DNA of 40,636 nucleotides from Klebsormidium nitens (taxonomy: Eukaryota > Plantae > Klebsormidiophyceae), in contig DF237673.1 in assembly GCA_000708835.1 (NCBI GenBank), positions 1 through 40,636 of the forward strand, written 5' to 3'. Each line of letters starts with the position of its first letter. Position 1 is the first letter of the stretch. Positions 22,980-36,296 of the stretch are shown here, piece by piece. A model generated the notes under the pieces. The model made no database searches and was not told the DNA's origin. It worked only from the letters and a program-made list of their open reading frames with translations. The translations under genes were made by a program, and so were the position numbers.

Positions 22980-25900
22980 TTATGAGGGCGCGGAGGGCGG
23001 GTTGGGCGGCGCGACCCCGGTGTAGAGCGTGGTGGGGCGCGGCGGGAGCGGCGGCACCGGGAGGTGCCCCTCCAGCATGGCCAGGCACTCGCGCATGCAC
23101 GGCCGCACGCTCACGGCAGTGTGGATGCACAGCAGGGCCACCTGGCACACACGCACGCGGGCGGCCGGTCAGGGCGCTTAAAAAAGCAGCAGCGATGCAG
23201 ATCCGTGTGGAGGGGTGCCAACAGACAGAGCAGGCTAGGAGGGGGAGACAGACAACTAGTTCTTGAAGAGACAGTGCTGAAAGGATCAAGGAAAGATGGA
23301 ACCGAGGGGCAGCCTTCACGTGAGTAATCTGCACGGAGAGGGGCTCAGTGGGCTTTGATGCTCGTTTGCGGAGCGGCTGCAGGCGTTACGCCAACTGAAG
23401 GCACCGGAAAGCGTCGGCAGCGCGCGCGCGCTCACCCTGGTGGCCTGCTCGATGCTGTGCGCGTGCTGCTCCCGGCCGCTGCCGAGGCGCGCGTCCACCA
23501 GGTCCGCCAGCTGGCCGCGCTCCGCCAGGATCCAGGCCCACTCCGGCAGAAACGCCTGCGCCACTCCGCAAAGGCATCCACCGTTGTTCACTTGAAAAGA
23601 GCCGCAGGACGGGCTCGTTTGAGCAGAGACAAGAGATGGTCAGTGTCATTCGTCTGTGAATACCCGGCAAGTAGCACTTCCACTACTTGGCGGCCTTTCA
23701 TCTCAGCGTCATCGCAACCCAAAAAGCATGTTATTAGATTCCGGTGCCCCACGGATTATGCCCTCGTATGCTCGCATTGAGACCCGCAGTTAGCTGCGCT
23801 TCAGGGTCACAGCTATGCAGAGTTGCCGACGGGCATGATCCAAAGAATTGCTCCAGTCAACCCGTGCAGGCAACGAAGGAGCGCTTCCAGCCTCCAGAGA
23901 CACTTGAATGGGACAAGCTGCGAGGCTCGTCCAGGAAGTGTGTGTTTGAAGTTGAGGATTTTACAGTTGTGGTGCTTTACCTGGTCGCCGTCAGGCGGGT
24001 CTGCGGTGAGCTTCCTGCCGGCGACCAGGGTGAGCAGCAGCACGCCAAAACTGTAGACGTCCACCTTGTCCGTGACCTGCCCTCCCAGAAAGTACTCGGG
24101 CGCCAAGTAGCCCCACGTGCCCACCACGTCTGCAGCCGGACGGAGAGACAACGTTACAACGGTAACGGGCTCGAGGATGAGGGGGGGCCACCAGTGGCAT
24201 AGAAGAGAGCTGCATCTTTGGCAAGCGAACACCAGTCTCGCTTGCCACAGGACAGAAAGTTGTCTAGCTCAATCTGCGAAGAATCTTCGTAGTACATCTT
24301 GAAAACTGGACAGTGTCGCATTGTCTGCCGTTGACAAGCTCGTGGTACCGCTGAAGTCTCCCAAAAAAGACGCGAAGATACACAAATATAAAAAGGTGAT
24401 TGAGCATAAGTGTGCATGCCAGTCCGCAGAGGCCTTTGGGGCGGCGCTTGCCTGTGGTAACCGCCGACTCTTCGAGGTCCAGAACCTTGGCTAAGCCGAA
24501 GTCCGCTAACTTAGGCTCCAGCGTGCTGGACAACAGAACGTTGCTCGGCTTGACGTCGCGGTGAAGTAACCGCGGCTTACACGACTGCCAGCAGGAAGTA
24601 AGGTAGAAAGTCAGGTGCATATCACCAGTAAGGAAGCGTCGCCTGGACCCTCGGTGCCGAGAGACCACATTAAACGTCTGCTTTTTAACGAGGTTTGAGG
24701 AAGGACAATAAGTCATAACATTTCCAGTGATTATGCATCACAGTGAGCAGCGGAGATCAATTGCTTCCGACCTGCATCTGGACGAACAGTAAGATGAATG
24801 GGAAAACAAACAAACACCAGATTTCATATGAATCCAGCAAAAATGCAAGTGAGGACAACCTTGAAATGCCATCCCTCCTCCGAGAGAACCTCACTTCTAG
24901 CTTCTGGCGGTGCAGCCTCCCTGTCAACATCCACTCCCTGAGTGCAATCCCTGACTGACCTCGTGCAAGTAGGCCAGTCCCCGCGCCGCGCCCTGCGCTA
25001 TGCTGAGCCGCGTCGGCCAGTCCAGCACGGGCAGGGCCGGCGGCGCAGCCCCATCGGTGAGAAGGCGGTCCCCCAAGTTGCCGCCCGCCAGGTACTCGAA
25101 CACGAGCACGCAGTCGTCCCCGGTCAAACAGAAGCCCTTGAGCGCCACCAGATTGCGGTGCCGGCACCGCGCTAGCGCCAACACCTCCCGGGTCGCAGCC
25201 TGCGCGAACAAACGGCCTAAACGTTCAACGGGCGGAGACCATTGCGGCTTCTACTGGTTAGCAGGTGGAGCAGACAACGCACGCTTGTCAAGTTCGTCAC
25301 AGAGGTGGTTTCAAGATGGGATGCCGATTCGCCTCAACGCAGCCCGCCAGCTGAATTGCCTCTTCCCGCAACGCCGCTCGCTACCAATCCAGTGACCAGA
25401 ATCCACTGGTCTTTGTTTTGCTGAGTCCCTCACCGCTGGCCCTGACAACACGACAATACCTGGTATAAAACAAGTCAACATGATTGAACATGTCGTTGTA
25501 GCTAGGAGGATGCAACTGACATTAAGGTCGCACCCGGCACATGTCCCGCACGCTCCCCTTTTGGGCATCCTTCATGGCGGGTTACATCTGCACACGTCAA
25601 GTCCTCGGAAGAAGGAAGCTTCTATCCGTTCCCCCCCCTGCGTTGCTGACCTTGGTCCTCCTGGCGAGGTTCTTGTGCGTGGCCACCTTGACGGCCACCG
25701 CCTCCCCCGAGCGCAGCGTCCCGCGGTACACGCGCCCCCAGCCGCCCTCCCCCAGCAGCCGCCGCTCGTCCCAGTTGTCCGTTGCGCGCCGCAGCGCCGC
25801 CAGGCTGAACCGCTGCAGCTGCACGTGGGGCAGCACGTGGTGCCGCCGCCAGCGCGGCCGGCACCCCCCATACACAACCAAACCCGCGAGCGCTATCAGG

Positions 25901-28900
25901 GCCGCGCACCCGGAAGCGATCCCCAAAATCGCCCCGGTTGACACCCATGTTTTCGAGGGGGGCGCTGGTAGGCCCAGCGCGAGGGGGGGCGGGAAGACGA
26001 AGTAGCAATTGAGGCGGTCGGTGACGGCCTGCAGGTTGTCGAAGCGCGCAAGGTATTGCGCGGACATGAAGAGCACGCACAGGGTCAGGATCGTCGCGCT
26101 GCTCGTGTTGGCCAGCTGCGCGCCCACCTCGTAGTAGCTGCGCTGGCACGCGGTGCAGTCGGGCACGCGCGGGTTGCACCGCTCCTGGAAGAAACGAGTC
26201 AGCGAATGAATGCCGGAAGATTTAGTGTGTTGAATCCCTCCAAATGCCTCTTGGTTATGCTTGCTGGCAGCACGCGGAGAGAAGAGTGGCAGGAAGAGAG
26301 TACCACACAGGTTAAGACGACCCGAAAAGACGGCGTTCGAACTGCTTTACGTCTTTTCCATCATATGTGAGCTACAATACTTTGCTGAGGTCGCATCGTT
26401 GCCCGATACTTAGCAGACAAACGGGCATGCAGAGCACGATGCAGGGAACGCCAAGAGCCCCCACTTGCCGGCCCGTATTGCTTGAGAGCTGCGCATTACC
26501 TCGAGGTAGTCGATGTAGTGGGCCGGCACCATTTGCCCCGCGGCCGTCTGGTTGTAGCAGCCGATGGGGACGGAGGGCAGGATGGCCTGGATGCGGCACA
26601 CGTCGACCACGCTGGGGGACACGCCGCGCGCCTGCAGCGCCGCACGCAGGCCCGCCATGCACACGTCGGCTTCCTCCTGAAGGGCGCACGCGGGGCGGGG
26701 CCAGTGTGAGACGATTGCTCATTGGAGGCACGGTGGACAATCAGCACAAGAAGCGGATGCAACCCGTGTAGAGCCGCCGTGGATTTGGCGGAGGCCAGAG
26801 CAGAGGCAACTGACTTGGCAAACATCACGCAACACAAGGGGTGCCCAGGTCGTTGTGGTGGTTGAGAGCGGTTCCTCAGGGATGGAAAAGCTCGTTTTGT
26901 TAGTTGTTTGACCGACGTCAGCTTGCTTGCCGCCGTTTGAAATCGCTCTGAGGCAGGGTGGTTAAGTACAACATGCAACTGAAAAGGGTGACCGTGTTCA
27001 GATCTACCGGTTTCGTCGGGTGCATTCCTAATCCTGTCTGCCCTAGAAATAAGGGTTGTTGATGGGTCACCTGCGGGATGGGGTGACCAGTGCGATTGGT
27101 GTAAATGGCGTGCACCTGTGGCAAAGAGGTAAAGGGACTCGAGTCAAAAGGAGCTGTCACAGAAGGCCGTCTCTTCGAAGTTAGGCAACGAGAATGATGA
27201 AAAAGAGTGAAGACTGATCTAAAAAATCACCTGTGATTAGTCGTTGTGGACGGCTGGTTCGTGGAGAAAACATAGATAAGCCGGCATCACTGAATGCTTC
27301 ATTCTTTGGATTTCTGATAGCATCGCTGGTCGCTGCGGGGGTTTGCAGGCTGCCTAAGACAACTACACAGCCTTCCCTTTGATGATGACACGTTGTCTCT
27401 ATTCTCCTACCTGGCCGTACATCCCAATGAAGAGGTCGCAGCAGCGGTCTTTCCGGACCTGCTGCGGCCCACAGCTGAGCTGCACCGCCGTGAAGTTGGC
27501 TGCCTCCCAGTCAAACGCGGTGCAGCGCGTGGACAGCTGCACGCGGCTGATGTCCACCTTGTGCAGGCACTGCGACAGCCCGTTCGCAATCAGCAGCGGG
27601 TGCGCCGCCGCGGTCATGGCCACCTGCGCAAGGCCTGCTCCGACCAAGGAAAGGGGGGGAAATACTGTCATTCGCATGCGCATTCAATGGTCTTTTGCTG
27701 CTTCTAGATGCTTGCTTAAACCCCCTGTAGCTTGGCCTGTCGCCATAGCTCAGCCTTGAGATCACCATCCCCCATATCTTCTGGCAGTAAGAGAAAAGGG
27801 CTCCGGTGGAGCGAACCCCATCGACGAAAACATGCGGGCAAACACATGTGCCAAGCAACACCATCTTGGCCAGTATGAGATCCAGAGGTGGTTGCCTGTT
27901 GTACGGAAGCCCACCTTGACAGGCGTCGCTGCTGAGCGTAGCGGGGGTGGCGGCGGCCCCCAGGGACAGGATGGCGCTGCGAATGCTGGCCAGGCATGAT
28001 GTGCAGTCGGCCGCCTCGTAGCACGCAAGGCCCACCAGGCCTGGACACAGGCCCCCCACCACAGAGACTGGTAAGTTACACATGAAGACTACTGAGGCTT
28101 CCACTCTGCAGACGACACTGCTAAGGGAGAGTGCACCACCAAGCACATCGCCGTGACCCATCTCGCTATTGCATTCTAAACGTAGAGCTGTCTGTGTGCC
28201 CTTGCCCCCTCTCAGGATGACGCTCTCTCACCCGGGAACGTGTGATTGGCTGCCTCCCAGAAGTCATACACGGTGGTGAGGCCTGGCCCACACGCGGCGC
28301 CTGCCTCCTCCGTCAAAAGGGAACTGCTGAGGCCGCACGCAGCGACAGGGGGCCCGCCGCCGGCTGCCAGCAACGCGTTTAGCGCCTGCAGGAAGAGCGG
28401 AAGGCGCTCTATAGGCTGTGCAGATTTGAAAAGTCAACTGCCGGACTTGACAGGTTTCACAAAGAGGAGGAGGGAAAATGAAGTTGATATCAGAGGCGGC
28501 CCACCTACAGGGGCAGCTTTCGAGGGTATGGACGATATGGAGGGTATGGAAGCGCCTCCGACCTCTGAATGGATCAATCCATCTCACCAGATTGCAGAAG
28601 CCCCACATGACAACCAAAGCCACAGGTGCATTGAAGACTGCGTCCCACTGAGCTGGAGCCAATCTGTCTGGGCATGGGACAGCGCAGCGATAGAAGATTT
28701 GCGGTCGCCACAAGGATCAGTCTACAAGACCGCTAACCAATGGGAGTCACGCCCTCACAGGGCGGCTACAACCGTGTTCGCTCCTACCTGGACGCACGCC
28801 TCCGCCGATGCCTGCGGCAGCAGCAAGCGCCCGGTGCTGTTGGCGTAGCGCACACGGGACGCAAACATGCCCGCTGTCACCAGGGAACAGCACGCAGACG

Positions 28901-29353
28901 AGGGGCCCGCTGCCGAGGAGGCCGACCCATCTGGGGCAGCAAGGGGCGTCCGATCAGTCACACCACCGTGTGTGGTGGTCGCGTGCGGCTTTGATGATGA
29001 TGTACACCATTCTTGGTACAGAGCGAAGCATGTCTGTAAGGAGGTATTATGCACTTCAACTATGTCAACATGCTTGCTTCAGCTGAACGGCAATATACAA
29101 CGGACTCTGTTCAGTTCACCGAGGGCTCCAAAAAACTTCTGGGAAAGTCTGCCTTACCTGCGGAGCACACCGCAAGTGCGCGTTGCGTATCAGCAGGTAG
29201 GAAGGTCAGAGGACACTCTCCATTAGGAATTGGAGGGGGCAACGGCCGGTCTGGTCGAGGGGCTGTTTCCACGTAATCTGCCCCACTCGGCACCACCGCC
29301 GCCGCCAAAAGGGCCAAAGCCCAAAAGAAAAGCATAGGGGCCGACAAGGACAT
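22980..29353 (-). CDS. Receptor-like kinase (RLK/Pelle) with signal peptide, two SPARK-like Cys-rich ectodomains, a TM helix and an RD kinase domain
   Basis: Exons on the minus strand: 29353-29158, 28930-28788, 28385-28232, 28067-27915, 27634-27411, 27115-27071, 26676-26500, 26184-25651, 25199-24960, 24584-24452, 24129-23981, 23555-23436, 23141-22980. All phases agree. Signal [25 protein letters not shown]; [26 protein letters not shown]; kinase motifs [51 protein letters not shown]. Confidence 0.93.
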
Positions 29354-30370
29354 CGTGCTAATCGACCTGCTAAAGCAGCGAGGTATCAGATAGGGATTGG
29401 CAGGGAGCGGCTGTGCCGCTCGCGATCATTGCACGTCGTCATTGAGCCGCCAATGTGCTGTACAGCAGCTGGTCGCTTTCCACTGTGTGGCAAGCAGAAC
29501 GAGAGGAATCACCGAGTCGGGCGGTTGTGCGCCGCCATGGCCCACGCCACGATGTGCACCTGAATTATCAAGGCGGCTCATCATGCTCAGCAGACGGCAT
29601 CATGCATGATGCAACCTGCCCTGCGGTAGCCAAACTTCCAAGGCCCACCATGGTGCGGGCCATGCCGTTTCAGCTATAGCGTATATGTAAACTGTTTATT
29701 TCCGGACACAAAAACGACTGATAAGCCGAAAAATGGAGAGGTACCCGGGCACCCGGCACGTATTCGACGGCCCAACACCAACTAAAAAGGCAGGGCCCAT
29801 ATTGCCGAAAGTCGGGAGATACCCAATCTTTATATTGCATGGATATTTTGGGAAGCTGGTGAGTCTGCGAACGGCCGACGTTCACGAATAACGACCTATA
29901 GTATACACGCCGCCGACGGCCAGCCCTGATGACATCCCCATCATTGCGCAAGCTTGCCGACTGGATCCTGGCCGGCAGAATCCAACCGGCCATTCGCCGC
30001 TCGGGGTTTCATCTTCAAATGTTAACCTTTGAGTTACCTGAATGGTTCAGAACATGTGGTTAAAGCTACTGGCCCTGTAAAGCTGGTTTGATTGGCCAGA
30101 CAGGTGGCTCAAACCCTAATCTAAGTCCCAACTCCTTGAAACCCCAAACTGAAACCCCGGGTCCCATGCACGGCCTTAAAAGTGATCCCACGCGTGGCAC
30201 TGGTGGGCCATCCTCAGGCTGGCCTTACTACTTCTAGCCGACATGCAGGAGTAGCATGGCGGGATGATGCTGGGTGGCAGGCGAGCTGCCTATCGCGGTG
30301 TCTTCTGCGAATTCCGTCCTGATGTATCTGATGTAAATTGTAGGATTGCAGCAGCTCAATGACAGGGCAC

Positions 30371-33300
30371 ATGGCTCGAGCGTTCCTTTCTGCTTTTTTC
30401 CTCGTCCTCTGCATCTCATGCTTGGCCACGATCGGCGCCACAATCTCTGCGCCGCACCTGGTTCTCGACCTCCCGCTGCATCAGGATGAATTCAGGTCTG
30501 TCGCGTCCGCTGCCGCTCCCCGGCCGCCGGCGCTGGCGGGCATGCAGGCCAGCCTCTCTAGCGAGGGACTCAACTACGTCAAAGAAGTGCTGGTGCAGCA
30601 GGTGAGGCGGAGCGTGCACGGAGGGAGGCACAAGCGTTATTTCCATCCTCGTGTTTGCAATATCTGTAATCCAGCAGAAATGCAGCAATGAAGTTGGGTT
30701 GCTCGGGCCTGGAGACTTCACTCGATCATGCTTCTGGAATCTCCATCCTCTGAGATGCTTGGCGCCATTTCTGAGCGTAGGCTGCCCTCCACCTTGCCGC
30801 AGATCCTCCAGCAGCAGCTGCCGCTGGTGGTGCCGGACCTGCGCGTGCGCGAGCGCTCCCCAATTGGCCATGTGGACGTGGTGCTGTCGCACATCGTGCT
30901 GCCCAACATGAGCGTCCCCGAGGCGCACATCGACCTGGAGCCCGCGGGGGCCGTCATCACCATCTTTGCTGCGGGGGTCACCGCCAACGTGTCCCTCAGC
31001 TGGGCGTACAAGGTAGCCGCGCAGTATTGGCCGTGGCCCATGGGGGACGCCGGGCGCGGCCACATCGAGATTGAGGGGCTGCAGACGGGGGTCAGCTTCC
31101 GACTGAAGCAGGTGAGAGAATCTGAGGAAGGGCGATCGCGGCACCGGTATGGCAGGGGCACAGCAGGGGGTAGCTGGCGTAGACATTGACCTGGGCACTG
31201 TGTTGATCCTTGTGAATTGCATGATTCCTGAAGCATTGATCTCCAACTTTCTGTGAAAAGGAAACAGAAACTGCAACTCTTCATTGTTTGCCTGCTTCGG
31301 TTCAATCACTGGGGAGGCGCGTTGATTGCCCGTCGATCGGTTCTGTAGTATTCTGTCCCCATTGATTGATGCTGACGTGCTACGCGGGTGGGCCTCTCAG
31401 GCTGGGGGCGGGGTGCTGCTGGAGGTGGTGCAGACGGGGACGTTCATTGAGGCGCTGCACGTGCACCTGTCGGGGGGCCAGTCGTGGCTGTACAACTGGT
31501 TCATCCAGGTGCTGGGGGGGAAGATCCGCGCCGCACTGGAGAGCGCCGTTGGGGGGGGAGTCGCCAAGGGGGTCGCCAAGCTGGACAAGTGAGCGCCAGC
31601 TGGGGCAAAGGGCCTCTCAGCGCGCGCGAAGCTTTAACCCAGCAGTACATTTGACATCCGCAATCCACTTTGCTGAGGTGGAAGAGTGCCCTGGTCCCTC
31701 GTTGTGTTGTTATTTTGATGCTGAATTGATGTCTCCTACTGTGCAGATTCTTGCAGACGCTACCACAGCGCATCCCAGTGGACCAGTTTGCGGCCATCGA
31801 CGCCACGCTGCTGCGCGACCCCCTTGTCGAGAGCGCCAGCCTCAGCTTCCCCCTCTCCGGCCAGTTTGTGCCCACAGCCGGCCACCCTCCCCCTTTCACG
31901 CCTGCCCCGCTGCCCTTCCCCGCGCTGTGCGGGGCGGAGCGGCCGCACGCGGTGGCCACTGTGAGCGCAGCGGTGCTCAACAGTGCGGGGGCCGTGTACT
32001 TTGCAGCGGGGCAGCTCACGTGGCCCGTGGACGAGCTGCCAGCAGGGTCGCCCGTGCAGGTGACACGCGCGGGCCGCGCTCGAGAAGTCTCGGAGTTCAA
32101 GTGGTTGCTTTGGTACCAGTGGACTCGATGGGCGGTCTCACTATTGTGCAGTCTTCACCATCTTGATTTTGGTCCATCGACTCCTGGAGCACAAGTTGGT
32201 TCGCCTCTAATTCGTGTACAGTTGTGACGTCGCCTGTGCGTATAGAAAAACTTTCGGCATTCCCTTCTGGGACCAAGTGCAGTCCCTTCATGTTTCGAAA
32301 TCATGTCTTTGTCATTACGTCCTCTGTCCATCTTGGCGAAGCTCGTTTCCCCCTAAGTGCATCATGCCGCCCGTGTGATAAGTTGGTCATCTTTGAACTT
32401 GCTTGCCAGGGTTGGAGAATACCCGTCAAAGGTAGTTTACAGAAACAACCCTTCTGTGCTCGTCCCGTTGACGAGAGTTGACAACGTCTTTGCTTTGCTC
32501 CTCGGAGTTTCGTCCTCAAGAGCCGTTCTGCTTTCATGTATTCGAACCCAGTAGACCCAAAGTTGAAAGGTTGCCCGGACTGGGAGCAAGCAGCAGCTTG
32601 AGCGTGCCGTTCAGACCCACAAGGGCGTTGAGCAACCAGACCCAGCGAGTCGGCCGTTTGGGTCGATACTGACTCTTTGTCCTGAGTTTTTGGTTGTCCA
32701 AGCTGAGGTGATAAAGTAGCTTGAATGTTGTCGCCTCTGATGGGATGGAGTACTTTAACTGTCTAGATTCGAGGGTCAGAGCGTGAATATCCTCGTAACT
32801 GCCTCAGATGCAGGCGGCTCTCGACAGAGACTCATATTGTGGAACTTCGAGTGACTGCAAGACAGAATGGTGCACTTTTAGCTGCATGCATCTGAGCGGA
32901 ACCACCATGAGCTTGCGAGAATGCAGGCTGGAAACCCGGACCCACTGGCGGCCTGCAGGCGGAATGGGCCCTGCGGGGCTCCCTCTTCCAATTGGTCGCT
33001 TTCCCCCGCCTGCTGACCCCGTGCGCTGTCCCCCTGCGCAGCTCAACACGCGCAGCTGGCGCTTCCTGCTGCCGCGGCTGTACCTGCAGTACCCGGACGC
33101 GGCCATGGCGCTAAACATCAGCTTCACCGCCGCGCCCGTTGTCACGCTCGACCCGGACGGCGTGGCCGTGGCGGCGCAGGCGGCCATGGAGATGCAGGTG
33201 CTCGACCAGGCGGGGGCGCGCCAGGGGGTGGCCGCCATTGGCATCAGCGCCACGTTCCAGGGGGCCGCCTACGTGCGGGTGAGCAGCAGGGGAAAAGGGG

Positions 33301-34485
33301 CGGCTCCGAAGGCGCTCAAAGCTACTGCCTCGCTCGATCTGGGGGTAGAGGCTAGATTGTTCAGAGGGCGGCTGTCTCGCTTGCGTGGGTGACCCTCTGC
33401 GTGTACTGCTCTAGTCCGATGCATGCCTGGAGGGCTGCCGAGCACCGGTCTCGTCATCTGGCTGGCTAGACACACCTGGTGTATGAGTAGAGGTGATTCG
33501 TGCTGTCATCGACGGGCTGTGTTCATCTCCATATGGTGGCCCGCTCTTTGATGGAAGTCGGACACTGCGTGTGCGAGTACCAAGTACTTCTGGTGCTACT
33601 ACCGTGCTGCACCATTCCTGCAGATAGCTGCATGCAGTGCTGCTCGTGCATTCATTCAACTCGCGACCTGCCCCGTCCTCCGGCTCACGTGTGGCCCCCT
33701 CATGCTTTGGCTGACGCGCGCTGTTTGTCGCAGGGCAACAACGTGACGGGCGCGGTGCACCTGGACTCGCTGCAGCTGGCGCTCCTCTGGTCGCACATCG
33801 GCGACTTCCACATGGGCCTCATTCAGGTGCGTCGGGGGCACAGGCAGAGCACACACACGCGACAGTCAGCCGCAGACACGTCATGCTCACGGTTCAACTC
33901 AGGCTTGGCCGAGGCGACCATGCTCCTAATCGGTCGACTTGCAGTGGGTCTTTCCTGTTGCAGTGCCTGGGAGCGTGGGATCCTCAGTTTGGCGTGGTGA
34001 ACGCGCGTGTTTCCGACCGCGCTAGCCCTCGTTTGGGTGGCCGGCCTCTGACCGGTTTTGCAGGCCGCAGCCAGAGAGCAGCCCAAGCTAGCGGCGCAGC
34101 GGGCCTGGCCCCGCTCGGATCCCCCCTCGTTTCGCGTCAGACTGTCTCAAGAACAGGGGTTGGCTACTGCCCTTTCCTCACGTTCGCGCGTCCCTGATCG
34201 TCCCCCCGCGCTGGTGTGCAGGCGTCGGTGCGCAGCGTGGTGTCGCTGGTGGTGCTGCCGCAGGTGAACCGCCGCCTCGCCACCGGCTTCCCGCTGCCCG
34301 TCGTCCCCGGGGTCCGCCTGCGCAACTCGTCGCTCTGCTATGCGCCCGACAGCCTCATCGTGTGCACCGACGTGGAGTACCGGGACGGACAGGAGGGGCA
34401 GCGAGAAGAGGAGGGGGCGGGCGAGCGCACGGCTGGGGCAGGCGGAACGAGAGGATGGGGCAGCTGGCGGCGGTGGATTCCATAG
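30371..34485 (+). CDS. BPI/LBP/CETP-family lipid-binding protein (LBR-like)
   Basis: Exons 30371-30601, 30803-31111, 31401-31588, 31747-32059, 33042-33278, 33734-33826, 34222-34485, all phase-compatible. Signal peptide MARAFLSAFFLVLCISCLA; family motifs SSEGLNYVKEVL, LSGGQSWLYNW, LDKFLQTLP, LNTRSWRFLLPRLYLQYPD and VLPQVNRRLATGFPLP. Confidence 0.92.
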
Positions 34486-34992
34486 CGAAACCCTACATGC
34501 CTCCTAGATGCTCGCGAGCTTGTAAATCTGCTGAACAGCCTGTATATTATCCAGCATAGCCGATGGTTGAAAGTTTGTCATAGAAGGTGATTGGCCATGC
34601 CTGACCTTCCCCTGTTCTCTCATTTGCAAGGCATGGCGGCCTTAAGCCATGGCGCGATTAAGGCATGGCAAGGCCGCCATGCTGCAATTGCTTACTCAAG
34701 CAAAATCCGTCAATGGATTGTTTGGTTCCAGAGTGCTTACTGAAGGACGCGAGCTTGTTGGGAACCAAGTTTATTGTGCTTCCGAAAGTAAAATAGAGCT
34801 AGCTGATTGTCGACCACGCAAGCCTTCCACTTGTATCTCATGCCTCCTTTTTCTGAATGGCCTTGTTGGAGAATGCATCTAAGTCCGGTTGAGATGTGAA
34901 AGCGGCCATTTCGATCGCAACGAATGTTATTGCAGTTGAATTGTAGGGCCTGCATTTTCGTGTGGCTGTCTAACTCGATCACATCTGGTTGA

Positions 34993-35078
34993 ATGGGGCA
35001 TTTAGTGCCGGCCTTTTTAACTTCGACTTGGCGGAAAGATGGGGCATTTAGTGCCAGCCAATTTACCTTCGACTTGGC
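34993..35078. repeat. Two-copy 46-bp direct repeat
   Basis: ATGGGGCATTTAGTGCC...TTCGACTTGGC starts at both 34993 and 35039. Confidence 0.8.
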
Positions 35079-36296
35079 AGATTCAGTGATACAAGAAATG
35101 TAGACTGTATCCAAATCGACAATTCTTAGTCTCCCTTTAACTATAGATTATCCATGCTCACTAATTATTGATTCGTACATGGAGTTTCAAGCAAAGATGG
35201 GATTCGCGATATGGCAAACTGAAGCTGTACGTGTTTGGCAGTACGTGTTACATGTGATCGAGCACATTCATATACACATGCATGTATGTAATTTGATTGC
35301 GCACATTATATGCAGCCACATGCGAGATATTTTGTCCGATGCCCCTTATTGTTAGGCTCACTGCATTTGTTGCACGAGTTGGTCGACCGATCCGGCCAGG
35401 CGGACGGGTGTACACAATTGGGGCGTACAGAGGTGAATGGGAGTACTGTCGATGTGTTTCGATTGACCAAAGTTTTGTCATTTGACATTCAGAAATCTAT
35501 CGAAGGAATCAAAGTTCAATTATCACTCAAGGGTTGGAAATACGGAAATTACCCGCGATTCGTCGTGAAATTGATACGATGGCCGGAAATGAACACAAAG
35601 CCAGTCGAATTCTGGAACACAACTATAGCAAGCCAAAGACGAATTTATGCAGCAGGCTCTAGCATAATGATCTGAAAACCATTTTTCGGGGACCTTGAAA
35701 GCCTTCTCATCAGTAACATACGGTGGTTCATACCGTACCGCCAAGGGAATTGACCTCCATTATATATTTTCGGGTCAATATGAAAATGTTGAAACTAAAT
35801 TGAGACCTGAGGGTGAAATGGCGTGATGAAGGAAACATGCAAAAACAGCTCTGTTCTATTGGATTGCGTGCTAAAAACTCGAAATTTCGATTTCTGCAAG
35901 AGGAAAAACAAATATTATGATTGCAGGGTGAATCTGAAAACGTTCATGATTAACTGTTACGCACAAAAAGGTGGTGGCAGTCATGCAGGACATTTTGACC
36001 AAGATAACAAATTTCAATGCAAGTCCGGGTGCATGCGACGTATCAAATGCACAGAAAGCTGTAGACACCAGTCAAATTAAATAGTCGAAGTCCAAAACCC
36101 ACTGATCGGGGGGGCCTAGGCTTATTGCCAGAATTCTGGCAATGCTTGCACCGCGGCTTAATTTCAAAGTTTTCGGTTTACCTCACTGATAGCACCTCAC
36201 CAAGACCTTCTCAGTCATAGTCTCTCCTAGGTGCATCTGAAAATTACAGTTTCCGATGCTTGGTGCTATGCCAAGCAATGCGCCTGGCCACAAACT

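Noticed and set aside
28246-28848. 200-aa plus-strand ORF
   Set aside because: It overlaps two RLK exons in antisense plus an intron and has no recognisable motif.
29642-30208. GGCCCACCA / TGGTGGGCC inverted pair in the RLK-BPI spacer
   Set aside because: Only 9 bp with no extension or TSD; expected by chance in GC-rich DNA.
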